41,622 nucleotides of DNA, from contig JAYSWN010000024.1 in assembly GCA_043718025.1 (NCBI GenBank), forward strand, positions 1 to 41,622, given 5' to 3'. The notes beneath the pieces were generated by a model. That model was not told where the DNA came from and did no database searches. It saw nothing but the letters and a program-made list of their open reading frames with translations. The number at the start of each line of letters is the position of its first letter. Within the stretch, counting starts at the first letter, position 1. Position numbers and translations under genes: made by a program. This DNA comes from Pseudomonadota bacterium (GTDB lineage Bacteria > Bdellovibrionota > FAC87 > UBA2466). This document shows positions 30,771 to 40,653 of the stretch, piece after piece.

Positions 30771-31853
30771 ATGGATTTAAGCGCGCATTTAGTTGAAATT
30801 TACTTTGCGGCCGGAGCTCTATTCACCGCTCTGGTCAGCCTCTCCTTTTTTTTCCGCTCGAAGTCAAAGAAAAAGGCGCTTCCTTCTGCGCCGGTTTCAA
30901 CTGGCGAAATCAAGGCGGAAACGCTTGTGGTGGCGCCCTCTGGGCTCGAACTGGGATTAGGCAGAACGCGAAAAAGTTTTTGGGATCGCCTCGGTAAATA
31001 TTTGCATCTGGCACCGGGCCAAACCTTATCCAGCGTCGAGTGGAATGAGATTGAGGACGCCTTGCTGGCCGCCGATGTAGGCGTAACCACCTCGGCCTTA
31101 TTGACCGGTAAAGTGCGCGAGCGGTTTAAAGTTGAAAGCGCTCTAGGACTGCGCAGCCTCTTTACTCAGGAGGGAGAGTTTCTTTTCACCGGCTTGACCC
31201 ACGGCAAACCGGAAATGAAGGCCGAAACCAAGCCCTTTGTGATTAGCGTCGTGGGCGTAAACGGCGCCGGGAAAACGACCACTATCGGTAAGTTATCGAA
31301 GTTATTTGCTGATGATGGGAAGAAAGTTTTGATTGCCGCTGGTGATACTTTTCGCGCCGCCGCCATTTCGCAGCTGAAAACTTGGGCAGAGCGTACTGAC
31401 TCAGATTTTGTAACCGGCCGTGAAGGAGGCGATCCTGGTGCGGTTTCTTTCGATGCTTTAACCGCCGCCAAAGCGCGCGGAGCCGATGTGGTTCTATTTG
31501 ATACCGCGGGACGTCTGCATACCAAGACCAATCTGATGGATGAGCTGGTGCGTGTTCACAAAGTGATGAAAAAGGTTATTCCCGAGGCGCCGCATGAAAC
31601 ATGGCTTGTGATCGACGGTACCCTAGGTCAGAATTCAGTGCAGCAGGCGCGCGAGTTTTCTAAGGCCCTTAATATTACCGGCGTCGTCATTACCAAACTG
31701 GACGGTACCGCCAAAGGCGGCGCCGTGTTTTCAATTGTAAATGAGTTAAAGCTTCCAATTCGATTCATTGGGTTGGGAGAAAAAGCTGAGGACTTGGTTT
31801 CCTTTGAACCCAAGCCCTTTGTAGATGCTATTTTAAATCCCAAAGCGGTTTGA
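30771..31853 (+). CDS. ftsY: SRP receptor FtsY
   Basis: GVNGAGKTT, DTFRAAA, DTAGR, TKLDGTAKGG. Confidence 0.97.
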   Translation: MDLSAHLVEIYFAAGALFTALVSLSFFFRSKSKKKALPSAPVSTGEIKAETLVVAPSGLELGLGRTRKSFWDRLGKYLHLAPGQTLSSVEWNEIEDALLAADVGVTTSALLTGKVRERFKVESALGLRSLFTQEGEFLFTGLTHGKPEMKAETKPFVISVVGVNGAGKTTTIGKLSKLFADDGKKVLIAAGDTFRAAAISQLKTWAERTDSDFVTGREGGDPGAVSFDALTAAKARGADVVLFDTAGRLHTKTNLMDELVRVHKVMKKVIPEAPHETWLVIDGTLGQNSVQQAREFSKALNITGVVITKLDGTAKGGAVFSIVNELKLPIRFIGLGEKAEDLVSFEPKPFVDAILNPKAV

Positions 31854-31894
31854 CCGCATAAAACCAGCGCGTAGTCAGTTCCACTCACAACTTT

Positions 31895-33520
31895 ATGAAC
31901 TCTGAAGCGCTCTCCATTTTAGGTGGCTCCGCGCTGCTCGTTTTCGGCATGCAGGAGCTTTCAAAGAGCATCCAGTATGTAGCGGGCGGCCGATTTCGCA
32001 CCTGGGTCAATGAGTTCGGCCGGCGGCCGATTTTTGGCTTGTTTTTGGGCATCATACTTTCCGTTCTGCTGAGTGGCAGTGGCGCGGTTACCGCGATGCT
32101 TATTGGCTTGGCCAATGCTCGACTGCTTACCTTAGAACAGGTTTTTGCGGTTACCTTGGGCTCGGCAGTTGGCACCACTTTTATTGTTCATCTTCTGGCC
32201 CTAAAAATTGCTGATTATGGACTGCTCATTCTCTTTATAGGAATGGTGTCGAGTGGAATTATCCGCGATGACAGGCTTTCTAAGCTGGCGCGCGGTCTAT
32301 TTTTTTTGGGGCTCGTCTTTTTTGCCATTTCGATGCTGGTCGGTGCCGGCAAGGCGCTAGAGGCTTCGCCCTGGTTCAGGAATCTGCTCGATTATTTTCG
32401 AGGCCGTCCCATCGTGGCTTTTATATTTTCGGCAGTACTCACGGCAATTATTCCGAGCAGCTCGGCGACGATAGTTTTCATCATGTCGATCTTTTCGCAA
32501 AGCACTTCCCCGCTTGTGGTGGCCATGCCTTGGATCTTGGGGGCCAATGTGGGAACCACTGCTAACGGTTTCTACGCCAGTTACGGCACCGGCCAGATTG
32601 GTAAGCAGGCCGCATTAGGCCACTTTCTCTTTAAAGTCATCGCCGTGGTACTGCTGCTACCCTTTGTTGATCTGTTTGTTGGGCTTGTGCAGTCTTTTAC
32701 CACCGACTTAAGTCAGCAGATTGCGATCGCGCATACTCTATTCAACGTAATCTTTGCGACGCTCTTATATCCATTTATTCCGCTTGGGGTTCAACTTGTA
32801 CGACGAGCGATTCCAGATGAGCTTAAGCAAAGTCCGTTTCACTACCAGTTTTTAGATGTGCGTAGCCTGCCTACTCCTGAAGTGGCGATAGCTCAGGCGC
32901 AAAAAGAGTTGATGCGCATGGCCGATTTGGTCGAAGACATGGTGACTAAGAGCATACCCATGTTTCGTCGCAAGGCTTTGAATGAGATCGAAGAGCTGAA
33001 GGAGGTTGATTCACTGGTTGATTACCTCAATCGTGGCATTAAATTATTTTTGACCAAACTCTCGCAAAGCGAAATGACTCCAGAGCAAGTACAGAAGGAG
33101 TTCGAACTGGTGGTAAGAACTCATGATCTGGAAAACATTGGCGACATCGTTGATAAGAATATTTTAGAACTGGTACGCAAGACCGTACGCAAGGGGTACG
33201 TTTTCTCTGAAGAAGGCTGGCAGGAGATTCTTTCGCTTCACGAAAGGGTCATCGATCTGCTTAAAGTTTCTTCGGCCTATTTCAACACCAGAGAACGATC
33301 GTTGTTCGTGCGAATCATGATTCTGAATCGGGAAATAGAAGAGTTAGTCATTGACCTTAGTGAGCGTCACATTCAACGGCTACACCAAGGCAATAAATAC
33401 TCTCTCGACACCACCTCGGTACATCTTGATATGTTGAGCAGCCTTCAGCGAATTGCTCATATTTCGGTGAATTTCACGCGCGTCGGCGGAAATAGGCAAT
33501 CTGATCTAGCGACGGTGTGA
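31895..33520 (+). CDS. Na+/Pi cotransporter family protein with C-terminal PhoU-like domains
   Basis: SGSGAVT/SSSAT repeats, GSAVGTT/GANVGTT, IAIAHTLFN, DLENIGD. Confidence 0.9.
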   Translation: MNSEALSILGGSALLVFGMQELSKSIQYVAGGRFRTWVNEFGRRPIFGLFLGIILSVLLSGSGAVTAMLIGLANARLLTLEQVFAVTLGSAVGTTFIVHLLALKIADYGLLILFIGMVSSGIIRDDRLSKLARGLFFLGLVFFAISMLVGAGKALEASPWFRNLLDYFRGRPIVAFIFSAVLTAIIPSSSATIVFIMSIFSQSTSPLVVAMPWILGANVGTTANGFYASYGTGQIGKQAALGHFLFKVIAVVLLLPFVDLFVGLVQSFTTDLSQQIAIAHTLFNVIFATLLYPFIPLGVQLVRRAIPDELKQSPFHYQFLDVRSLPTPEVAIAQAQKELMRMADLVEDMVTKSIPMFRRKALNEIEELKEVDSLVDYLNRGIKLFLTKLSQSEMTPEQVQKEFELVVRTHDLENIGDIVDKNILELVRKTVRKGYVFSEEGWQEILSLHERVIDLLKVSSAYFNTRERSLFVRIMILNREIEELVIDLSERHIQRLHQGNKYSLDTTSVHLDMLSSLQRIAHISVNFTRVGGNRQSDLATV

Positions 33521-33554
33521 TCATCACGCTCGTTAGCTAGAACAAAGGGTCGTC

Positions 33555-36521
33555 ATGGCAAACTTCAAATTAAGAAACGCCAAAGGTAAAAGCGATGGTC
33601 CTTTTTCAGAAAAAGAGGTCATTGCTCGCATTAAGCGTGGCAAGGTTCAGGTGGATGATGAGGTAAGCACTGACCCCTTTGTGGAATGGGAAAAGATCTC
33701 TGTCCGCACTGAATTTTACGATGCTTTTTTACGCCGTCTATTTTCTTTACCCCAAGGCGATGACCAAAATGACGATAGCTCGGCGTCGAAGAAGAACCAG
33801 TCCGTGCCAGCATCCCAGGCGCGATTTACGCAACGCCACCCAGATGGGGGAAAAACTCGGGCGGTAGATGAGGTTGCGGATGCCCAAGGGGGAACCCGTA
33901 ATAATCTGAATTTGATGCCCGAAGGAGGCACGGTTCATCAATCTGAAATCGATGAGCTCTTTTCGGAAGCGGGCGGAGCGTCCGAAGCCGACGGAAGTAG
34001 GCACAGCCCAAAAAACGAAACGGTTCTTGAAGCTGAGCTAGGCGGCACGGGCACCGAGCTAATGGCTCGCGAGCCCAAAGCCAACACTCAGCTAACCATT
34101 CCGTTCGAGACCCAAGCCTTCTTAAACCGCGATTTGCCGCCCGAGCAAGACTCTTTGGTGGCTGAAGCCGAGATCGATAAAGGCGTTCTGGCGAAGAAGG
34201 TACGGTTTCGCGTCTTTGCTGCGCTTGGCGCGGTGCTTGTGCTGGGCATGTTACTTTTTGATGGTGGGGCTAAGCGGGTCATTCCCTCGGTGGAAGTAAA
34301 GAAAACGAGCAGTGAGTTGGCGCCACTGTTTGGTGTCGATGCTGCAGCTAAAACGGCCGCGCTCATTAAAGAAGCCGATTTGCTGAAGCAGTACGATTCG
34401 CCTCTATTCTACAGAGGTGCGGTGGAAGCTTTGAAAGATGCCATTACATTAAAGGACCAAAACACCGCGATCTTCGGACGTCTCGCCGAGAGTCTGGCCT
34501 ATCTCTACTTTGATTCACCAGCGGATGAAGCAGGACCGCTAAAAGATGAAGTGCAAAAATATATAGCGCGAGGACGGCAATTTGATCCTCACGCGAGCGC
34601 GATTTACCGCGCTGAAGCCATTTTGTTAGTGAAGGAGCAAAATTGGGTTGAGGCACGCCTCAAAGCGGTCGCCGGAATTGAATCTGACCCGCATAATCCC
34701 GAAGGGGCGGTGCTGCTCGGAGAAATTGCCAGCAAGCTAGACGATGGTCCTCGTTCAAAGCTTGCTTTTGAAGAGGCTTTAAAAATTAATCCGGGTCTGC
34801 TGCGCGCGCGATTGGGGCTTGCCAACATCGCCTTGGCTGCCGGTGATATTACTTCGGCAAAAGGACAAGCAAACGAAGCCTTGAAAATAAGTCCTTTCTA
34901 TTCGGCGGCCTTTTTAGTTTTATCTCGGGCCGCGCGCGTGGGAAAAGACAGCGCCACGGCTCAAGGTATGGCTGAAATGGCCGCCCGCTATAGCCGCCTG
35001 GCCTTTAACGACGTCAAAGCGCAGATCATTGCCGAAATTGCGGGCCTTACCGGCCAGCCTACAGAAGGGGCCTCTTTAGATTCGTTGGCGTATGGACCGG
35101 AACAGTTTTTAGAAGTTGGCAATGACCTCGAAGGTAAGGGACGAACGTCAGAGGCCACTCGGTTCTTTTTGGCCTCAAGTCTACTCTCTACGACGGATGC
35201 CACGGCCTTGATTCGATTGGGGGAAGCGGCTGAGAAGGTTGCTCTAAGCTACGAAGATTACCGCTACGTAATGAATATTTATGAACGGGCAATTCAACGC
35301 GATACGACGCAGCCAAAGGCTTACATACGATTGGGAATTTTAGAAACCGAACAGTACAACTGGGACCGTGCGTACCGACTTCTCTCCCAGGCCTCCGCTC
35401 TGTCTCCGAATAAACCTGAGACTTACGTCGCCCTTGGCCGTTATTACTATAAAAAGCAAGATTATCTAGAAGCATTGAAGCAGCTCACGCAAGCGTATGA
35501 GCTAAGTCCCGACGATTCCGAGGTGCAGTACTACGCCGGACTCATTCGCTTAGTTGTGAAGAAGGACGCGGTGAAAGACGCGATGCCTTTTTTCTACCAA
35601 TCTTATACTTCTAACCCCCAAAACTACCCTGCGCTGGTTGAGTGGCTGAAACTTAAAGTTCTTAATTATGAAAAAAACTTTGCCGTTAAATTCGTGCGGG
35701 CGAGCTTAGAAAAAGAGCCTAATAATTCTAAACTCTATTGGGCATTGGGCGAAGTATATGCTGCGAACAATGAGCACCATCGGGCGATCGAGGCCTATCA
35801 CAAGGCGCTCGACTTCGATAACCGCGATAGCAGAGTACGCATGTCACTCGGCGTTTCGTTGCAGGCCGTGGGCGATTTGAAAAATGCGATTGAAGAGTAC
35901 CGCTTGGCCTCAGTGTTAGATCGAAAAAATAGCGAAGGGCTTTATAAAGCCGCCGATCTTTTGTTCCAGGCCCGAAGTTACAATCAGTCCGAAGAATTGC
36001 TGCGCCACTTGGTATCTTTGACTCCTAACTATCCGGGCGCGCACCGTTACTTAGCCAAAGTGCATGCAGTGAAGCGACAGAAAGAGCTGGCCATTGAAGA
36101 GATGCAAAAGGAGGTGGCCAATAATCCCGAAAACTACCGCTTCGTGATTGAACTAGCCGAGCTTTTTATGGAGTACGAGATGTTCGACAAGGCGATTACC
36201 GAACTTTCTCGAGTTTCTAATCTGCCATCGTTAACCAAATCACCACAGTATTTTCAAGACAAGGTGCGAGCTTTCCTTTTACTTTCGCGTTGCTTTAGAG
36301 CTCAAAGTCGAAACGAAAGCGCCGAATCATCAATCAAATTGGCATTGGATCTCGATGCTAATGATCCAGAGTTGCATCGTGAGCTGGGCTACGTTTACTA
36401 TGCGCTCCAACGCGATAAAGAAGGGGTTAAGGCCTTTAATTTTTACTTGAGCCGTAACCCCGCGGCCACGGATGGCGAGGTCATTCGTGGGCTGATTCAG
36501 AAAATGATGATTGAGGAATAG
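33555..36521 (+). CDS. Large membrane-anchored TPR protein with an N-terminal GYF_2-like domain
   Basis: GPFSEKEVIARIKRGKV...W at the N-terminus, low-complexity linker, one TM (VFAALGAVLVLGMLLF), many TPR repeats. Confidence 0.8.
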   Translation: MANFKLRNAKGKSDGPFSEKEVIARIKRGKVQVDDEVSTDPFVEWEKISVRTEFYDAFLRRLFSLPQGDDQNDDSSASKKNQSVPASQARFTQRHPDGGKTRAVDEVADAQGGTRNNLNLMPEGGTVHQSEIDELFSEAGGASEADGSRHSPKNETVLEAELGGTGTELMAREPKANTQLTIPFETQAFLNRDLPPEQDSLVAEAEIDKGVLAKKVRFRVFAALGAVLVLGMLLFDGGAKRVIPSVEVKKTSSELAPLFGVDAAAKTAALIKEADLLKQYDSPLFYRGAVEALKDAITLKDQNTAIFGRLAESLAYLYFDSPADEAGPLKDEVQKYIARGRQFDPHASAIYRAEAILLVKEQNWVEARLKAVAGIESDPHNPEGAVLLGEIASKLDDGPRSKLAFEEALKINPGLLRARLGLANIALAAGDITSAKGQANEALKISPFYSAAFLVLSRAARVGKDSATAQGMAEMAARYSRLAFNDVKAQIIAEIAGLTGQPTEGASLDSLAYGPEQFLEVGNDLEGKGRTSEATRFFLASSLLSTTDATALIRLGEAAEKVALSYEDYRYVMNIYERAIQRDTTQPKAYIRLGILETEQYNWDRAYRLLSQASALSPNKPETYVALGRYYYKKQDYLEALKQLTQAYELSPDDSEVQYYAGLIRLVVKKDAVKDAMPFFYQSYTSNPQNYPALVEWLKLKVLNYEKNFAVKFVRASLEKEPNNSKLYWALGEVYAANNEHHRAIEAYHKALDFDNRDSRVRMSLGVSLQAVGDLKNAIEEYRLASVLDRKNSEGLYKAADLLFQARSYNQSEELLRHLVSLTPNYPGAHRYLAKVHAVKRQKELAIEEMQKEVANNPENYRFVIELAELFMEYEMFDKAITELSRVSNLPSLTKSPQYFQDKVRAFLLLSRCFRAQSRNESAESSIKLALDLDANDPELHRELGYVYYALQRDKEGVKAFNFYLSRNPAATDGEVIRGLIQKMMIEE

Positions 36522-36522
36522 A

Positions 36523-37782
36523 ATGCTCGACCTACGGTTTTTAGTCCAAAATAGTTCGCAGGTGGAAGAGGCGCTAAAAAAGCGGGGCGGCGGGGCGGCG
36601 TGGATACCCCTGGTCTCTCAACTGATCACTTTGGATAAACAACGTCGAGAAGGGTTGCAGGCGGTCGAAGCGCTGAAGAGTCAGCGTAATAATGCGTCTC
36701 AGGAGATTGCCAAAATCAAAAAGGCGAAGGGCGACGCCAGCTCGATCATGGATGAAATGAAGCTTGTTTCCACGAGAATCAAAGACGGGGATGAAGCAAT
36801 TTCCCGGGTGGATGCCGAAATTAGCCGATTGCTCTACGAAATTCCTAATATGCCCGACGCCTCGGTTCCCGCCGGGCGTGACGCGTCTGAAAATAAAATC
36901 ATTCGCAACTGGGGAGAGCCCCGTAAATTCTCTTTCAGCGTAAAAACCCATGATGAGATTGGCGAAAAGCTTGGGCTGATGGATTTTAAAAAGGCGGGTG
37001 AAGTTACGGGCGCGCGCTTTGTATATATGAAGGGCAAAGCGGCGAAGCTCGAACGGGCGTTAATTAATTTTATGCTCGATACCCATTCCGAGCATGGGTA
37101 CGAGGAGATCATTCCTCCTCTGCTGGTAAATCGCGCTGCTTTAGTCGGAACTGGTCAGTTGCCAAAATTTGAGGAAGATGTTTTCCAAATCGAAAAGTTT
37201 GGATACTTCTTAATTCCCACCGCCGAAGTTCCGGTGACCAATTACCACCGTGATGAAATTCTGGACGAAAAAGAACTCACCAAGAAATATTGCGCGTTTA
37301 CCCCATGCTTTCGTTCGGAGGCGGGTAGCTACGGTAAAGACACCAAAGGGTTGAAGCGGCAGCACCAGTTCAATAAAATTGAGCTCGTGAAGTTCAGCTC
37401 CCCGCATCATTCAAGTGAAGAACACGAAACCCTGTTGTTGGATTCTTGCCGAATTCTAGAGTTGCTCGAATTGCCGTACCGAGTAGCGCTACTTTGCGGT
37501 GGTGACACCGGTTTCAGCTCCGCTAAAACCTACGATATTGAAGTCTGGTGCCCGGGTGCCAACTCATACATGGAGATCTCCAGCTGTAGCAATTTTTTGG
37601 ACTATCAAGCCCGCCGCGCCTCTATTCGCTATCGTGACGCCAAAGAAGGGAAAGTGCATTTCGTACATACGTTAAACTCTTCGGGCACGGCAGTTGGTCG
37701 CGCATTGCTGGCCATTCTTGAGAATTACCAGACCGCCGAAGGTGACTTCGAAATTCCGAAAGCGCTCAAGCCTTACCTGTAA
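36523..37782 (+). CDS. serS: Serine--tRNA ligase
   Basis: MLDLRF, LIPTAEVP, FRSEAG, RQHQFNKIE, EISSCS. ATG 36523 has GAGGA upstream. Confidence 0.98.
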   Translation: MLDLRFLVQNSSQVEEALKKRGGGAAWIPLVSQLITLDKQRREGLQAVEALKSQRNNASQEIAKIKKAKGDASSIMDEMKLVSTRIKDGDEAISRVDAEISRLLYEIPNMPDASVPAGRDASENKIIRNWGEPRKFSFSVKTHDEIGEKLGLMDFKKAGEVTGARFVYMKGKAAKLERALINFMLDTHSEHGYEEIIPPLLVNRAALVGTGQLPKFEEDVFQIEKFGYFLIPTAEVPVTNYHRDEILDEKELTKKYCAFTPCFRSEAGSYGKDTKGLKRQHQFNKIELVKFSSPHHSSEEHETLLLDSCRILELLELPYRVALLCGGDTGFSSAKTYDIEVWCPGANSYMEISSCSNFLDYQARRASIRYRDAKEGKVHFVHTLNSSGTAVGRALLAILENYQTAEGDFEIPKALKPYL

Positions 37783-37821
37783 AGTTTGTCGGCACCGTCT
37801 AATTGGCGTCCGCTAACCAAG

Positions 37822-39057
37822 CTAGTTAGTTACGTTTTTAGCTGGTTCGCTGGAATCTTGTGCCTGATTCTTCAGCGGTGCGTCTTCAATTGCCGCAGGT
37901 TTTTTGTCGGAAGCCGTTTTCTTGCGCTGCTTAAGCTCGTTTTGTGCGAGCTGGCAGGCGGTTTTTAGCGACTGCGAGTTGTTTTCTTTAAGGCATTTCT
38001 CAAGCAATTCGGTTGATTGCTCAGATACCACTACCGCCTGTCGTCCTAGCACCAGAACCGAAGCAATTTTCACCGAGTCTTCTGTTTCCTTGTCATCGAT
38101 TATTTTCAATAACGTAGAAACCACGCTTTCGCTGTGATCTCCGGACACTCCGAGGGCTAACGCCGTCTTTTCTTGAATGTCTGGATCATCAGTACCCTTT
38201 AGAATTTCAATCAAACGTGAGGAGATTGTAGAGCTGGCGTTCTCGGGCAACGCATTAATTAAGTCCAGCGTTGCCAGCATCATGTCGGGATCGCTCGATT
38301 GGATTGCCTTTTCGACGGCACTCCAAACTCTTCCATCTTTTTTCCCTTGTAACCGAAGGCCGTCCAAGCAAATAAGGGCTAGGGGAGTGTCTTTTGCTTC
38401 GGCACATTGGGCAAAAAGGCCAACTACGCTATCTTGACCCTGCGCGCGGGCCGCCAGCACTTTGGCAATAGCGCGACGCAAACGAATGTTTTCATCTTTT
38501 TGAAATTGCTCGACCAACCGGTCCATCAATCCACTGCTACCTACGCCATATTGCTCGAAGTAGGTCATCAAGATTAAACGGTGGTCCATGGAGGGCGATT
38601 TTTTTAGCTCATCGGCGAAGGTGTCTTGAACCGTGGGCGATGCGTCTTTGCGTACGATAAAAGCGCGCACGACGGTGTCTTTAAGGGCCGGATCTTTTTT
38701 ATAGCGATCGAGCAGCACTTTTCGGATGGCCTCTTGATTGGCATTGGAACCGGAGTGGGCCAACGCTTTCGTGCAAAGAATTTTAATCTCAACATCCGGA
38801 TCTTCGCTGCACTTCACCACCGCATCCACTACGAGAGTGCTTACGATATTTACGGAATATTGGCTGAGTTTGTAAGCAGCAACGCGGCGCTGCTCGCGAT
38901 CGGTGCTTTCATTTAACGTGCGGGCCCAAAGCATCATGGGATGCGGAGGAGGGGGCCCCCGGTGCTGGCGAGCCTTTTTGGCCCTCTTAGCCTCAGCGGA
39001 CGCTGGGGCTAAGAGGCACATAACAATAAGAAAAAAAGTGGTGATAATTTTATTCAT
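37822..39057 (-). CDS. Exported HEAT-repeat protein
   Basis: Signal peptide MNKIITTFFLIVMCLLAPASAEA; repeats like DPDVEIKILCTKALA, DPDIQEKTALALG and EDSVKIASVLVLG. Start overlaps the S8 stop (ATGAATAA). Confidence 0.75.
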   Translation of the reverse strand: MNKIITTFFLIVMCLLAPASAEAKRAKKARQHRGPPPPHPMMLWARTLNESTDREQRRVAAYKLSQYSVNIVSTLVVDAVVKCSEDPDVEIKILCTKALAHSGSNANQEAIRKVLLDRYKKDPALKDTVVRAFIVRKDASPTVQDTFADELKKSPSMDHRLILMTYFEQYGVGSSGLMDRLVEQFQKDENIRLRRAIAKVLAARAQGQDSVVGLFAQCAEAKDTPLALICLDGLRLQGKKDGRVWSAVEKAIQSSDPDMMLATLDLINALPENASSTISSRLIEILKGTDDPDIQEKTALALGVSGDHSESVVSTLLKIIDDKETEDSVKIASVLVLGRQAVVVSEQSTELLEKCLKENNSQSLKTACQLAQNELKQRKKTASDKKPAAIEDAPLKNQAQDSSEPAKNVTN

Positions 39058-40468
39058 TGATTCGGCGTAGGTCCACTCGACCGCCGGTAACCACCTTGTC
39101 ACTTACAGAAGCGACAGCGGCAACCTGCGACAGAAGTTTTTGTTTTACTTCATCAGCAGAAAGACTGCGATTCTGAGACCATATCACGGCCAAAGCGCCC
39201 GAGACAAACGGTGCCGCCATACTGGTGCCATCCCAGGTTGCTTTCAACGGCCCTAGATCAATGATGGTGTCTTGGTATTTATCGCCGGGAATCGTCGACA
39301 TCACTTTAACTCCGGGGGCCGCAAGGCCAACCGATTTTTTACCCCAGTTAGAAAACGCGCCCAACTTATCTTCTGAATCCATAGCGGCAACTGACACCAC
39401 GTTGGAAATAGAATAGCTGGCCGGAATCATCGGTTTGCTATCTGAATCGTTATCAAATCCTTTGCCCATGCGGCCATTGCCCGCTGCGGCAACAAAGATT
39501 ACGCCTTTGTCACGGGCGCGTTCGATGGCTTCACGAAGTGGTTTGTCTTCGCCCTTGCCATCATCTTCACCGCCCCAGCTGGCGTTGATGATGTTCGCGC
39601 CATTCTGCACGGCGTAGTCAATCATCTTCACCGCATCGGCATCTTTGCCTTTGCCATCCTCAGTAATGAAACGCAGCGCCATGATTTTTACCTTAGGCGC
39701 GGTGCCGGCAAGGCCTTCCGAATTATTGAGTTTGGCACCGATGCAGCCCGATACGTGCGTGCCGTGGCCCGGATTTCCGCCTTTTAAGATGATATCGAAC
39801 AGCCCTTTGGTGATGTCGTAAGGCTTATTATCGTTGACGGCAAAGTCCCATCCCACCACATCATCGATGTAGCCATTGTTATCGTCATCAATGCCGTTAC
39901 CTGGAATCTCTTTTGGGTTCCTCCACATGTTGTTGATGAGATCTTTGTGGTTGTAGTCGACACCGGTGTCAGTCACCGCAACAACAATGCCCTCCCCCTG
40001 GGGCGCTTTGTCGAACGCAAAATCAGCACCAATTTTGAAAATGCCCCACGCTTTTTCTAGCAGAGGATCTAAACCGGCGGTGTGAACACCCGCCTCTTTG
40101 AAGTCGGGCTTGTCGGCCCGAAAATCATTACTAATTGAATCAGGATGCTGCCGAACGGCTTCGAGCAAAGCTTCACGTTGAGATTCAACCGAGGGTAGAG
40201 AGAGCAGTTTGAGTTCACGGTTTGGCACCACGTACGCCACCGATGCGTCAGCGCGTTGAATGGCGGCAAGGTTCTTGGACGTGGTAGTCGACCACTCAAA
40301 AAGGTTCCCCTCTTTGCTTACGGCGCTCAAGCTTCCTCCGTGGCCGTCTAAAAAGGTTTGGATAGTTTCAGGGTTTTTATCTGCAAATTTAACTAAATAG
40401 GAATCGGCAAAGGCGCTAATGCTCGCGAGCACTAACGACACGGTCGCTAATTTAATGGCGTGTTTCAC
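39050..40468 (-). CDS. Secreted S8 subtilase
   Basis: Signal peptide, propeptide, triad VAVTDTG / HGTHVSG / GTSMAAP, AAAGN, GIDDDNNGYIDD loop. Confidence 0.95.
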   Translation of the reverse strand: MKHAIKLATVSLVLASISAFADSYLVKFADKNPETIQTFLDGHGGSLSAVSKEGNLFEWSTTTSKNLAAIQRADASVAYVVPNRELKLLSLPSVESQREALLEAVRQHPDSISNDFRADKPDFKEAGVHTAGLDPLLEKAWGIFKIGADFAFDKAPQGEGIVVAVTDTGVDYNHKDLINNMWRNPKEIPGNGIDDDNNGYIDDVVGWDFAVNDNKPYDITKGLFDIILKGGNPGHGTHVSGCIGAKLNNSEGLAGTAPKVKIMALRFITEDGKGKDADAVKMIDYAVQNGANIINASWGGEDDGKGEDKPLREAIERARDKGVIFVAAAGNGRMGKGFDNDSDSKPMIPASYSISNVVSVAAMDSEDKLGAFSNWGKKSVGLAAPGVKVMSTIPGDKYQDTIIDLGPLKATWDGTSMAAPFVSGALAVIWSQNRSLSADEVKQKLLSQVAAVASVSDKVVTGGRVDLRRINE

Positions 40469-40653
40469 TTGGGGGGCTCCTTATGTTTAGGGTGAAAACA
40501 GAGGGGAGGGGGAACGTATAACGTGCGAGAGATTGGAAGATGCAGGATGATCTCATTAGGATTTGGATAAGACGTCAAGGGGCATCGGCAAATTAGGTGG
40601 CACTTTGGCGTTGACGCACATGCCTCCGCGAATCGTTAATAGTAAAACCATTT

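Noticed and set aside
37666..37701. SerRS motif 3 variant HTLNSSGTAVGR as inhibitor resistance
   Set aside because: This motif varies among SerRS enzymes and I cannot tie these changes to a known resistance mechanism.
40598..40615. Sigma54 promoter (TGGCAC) upstream of nadK
   Set aside because: No GC at the -12 position at the required spacing.
40562..40616. Isolated TTATCCAAA (minus strand) and back-to-back TTGACG hexamers between the S8 gene and nadK
   Set aside because: A single mismatched box is expected by chance, and the matching -10 elements are too weak to call promoters.
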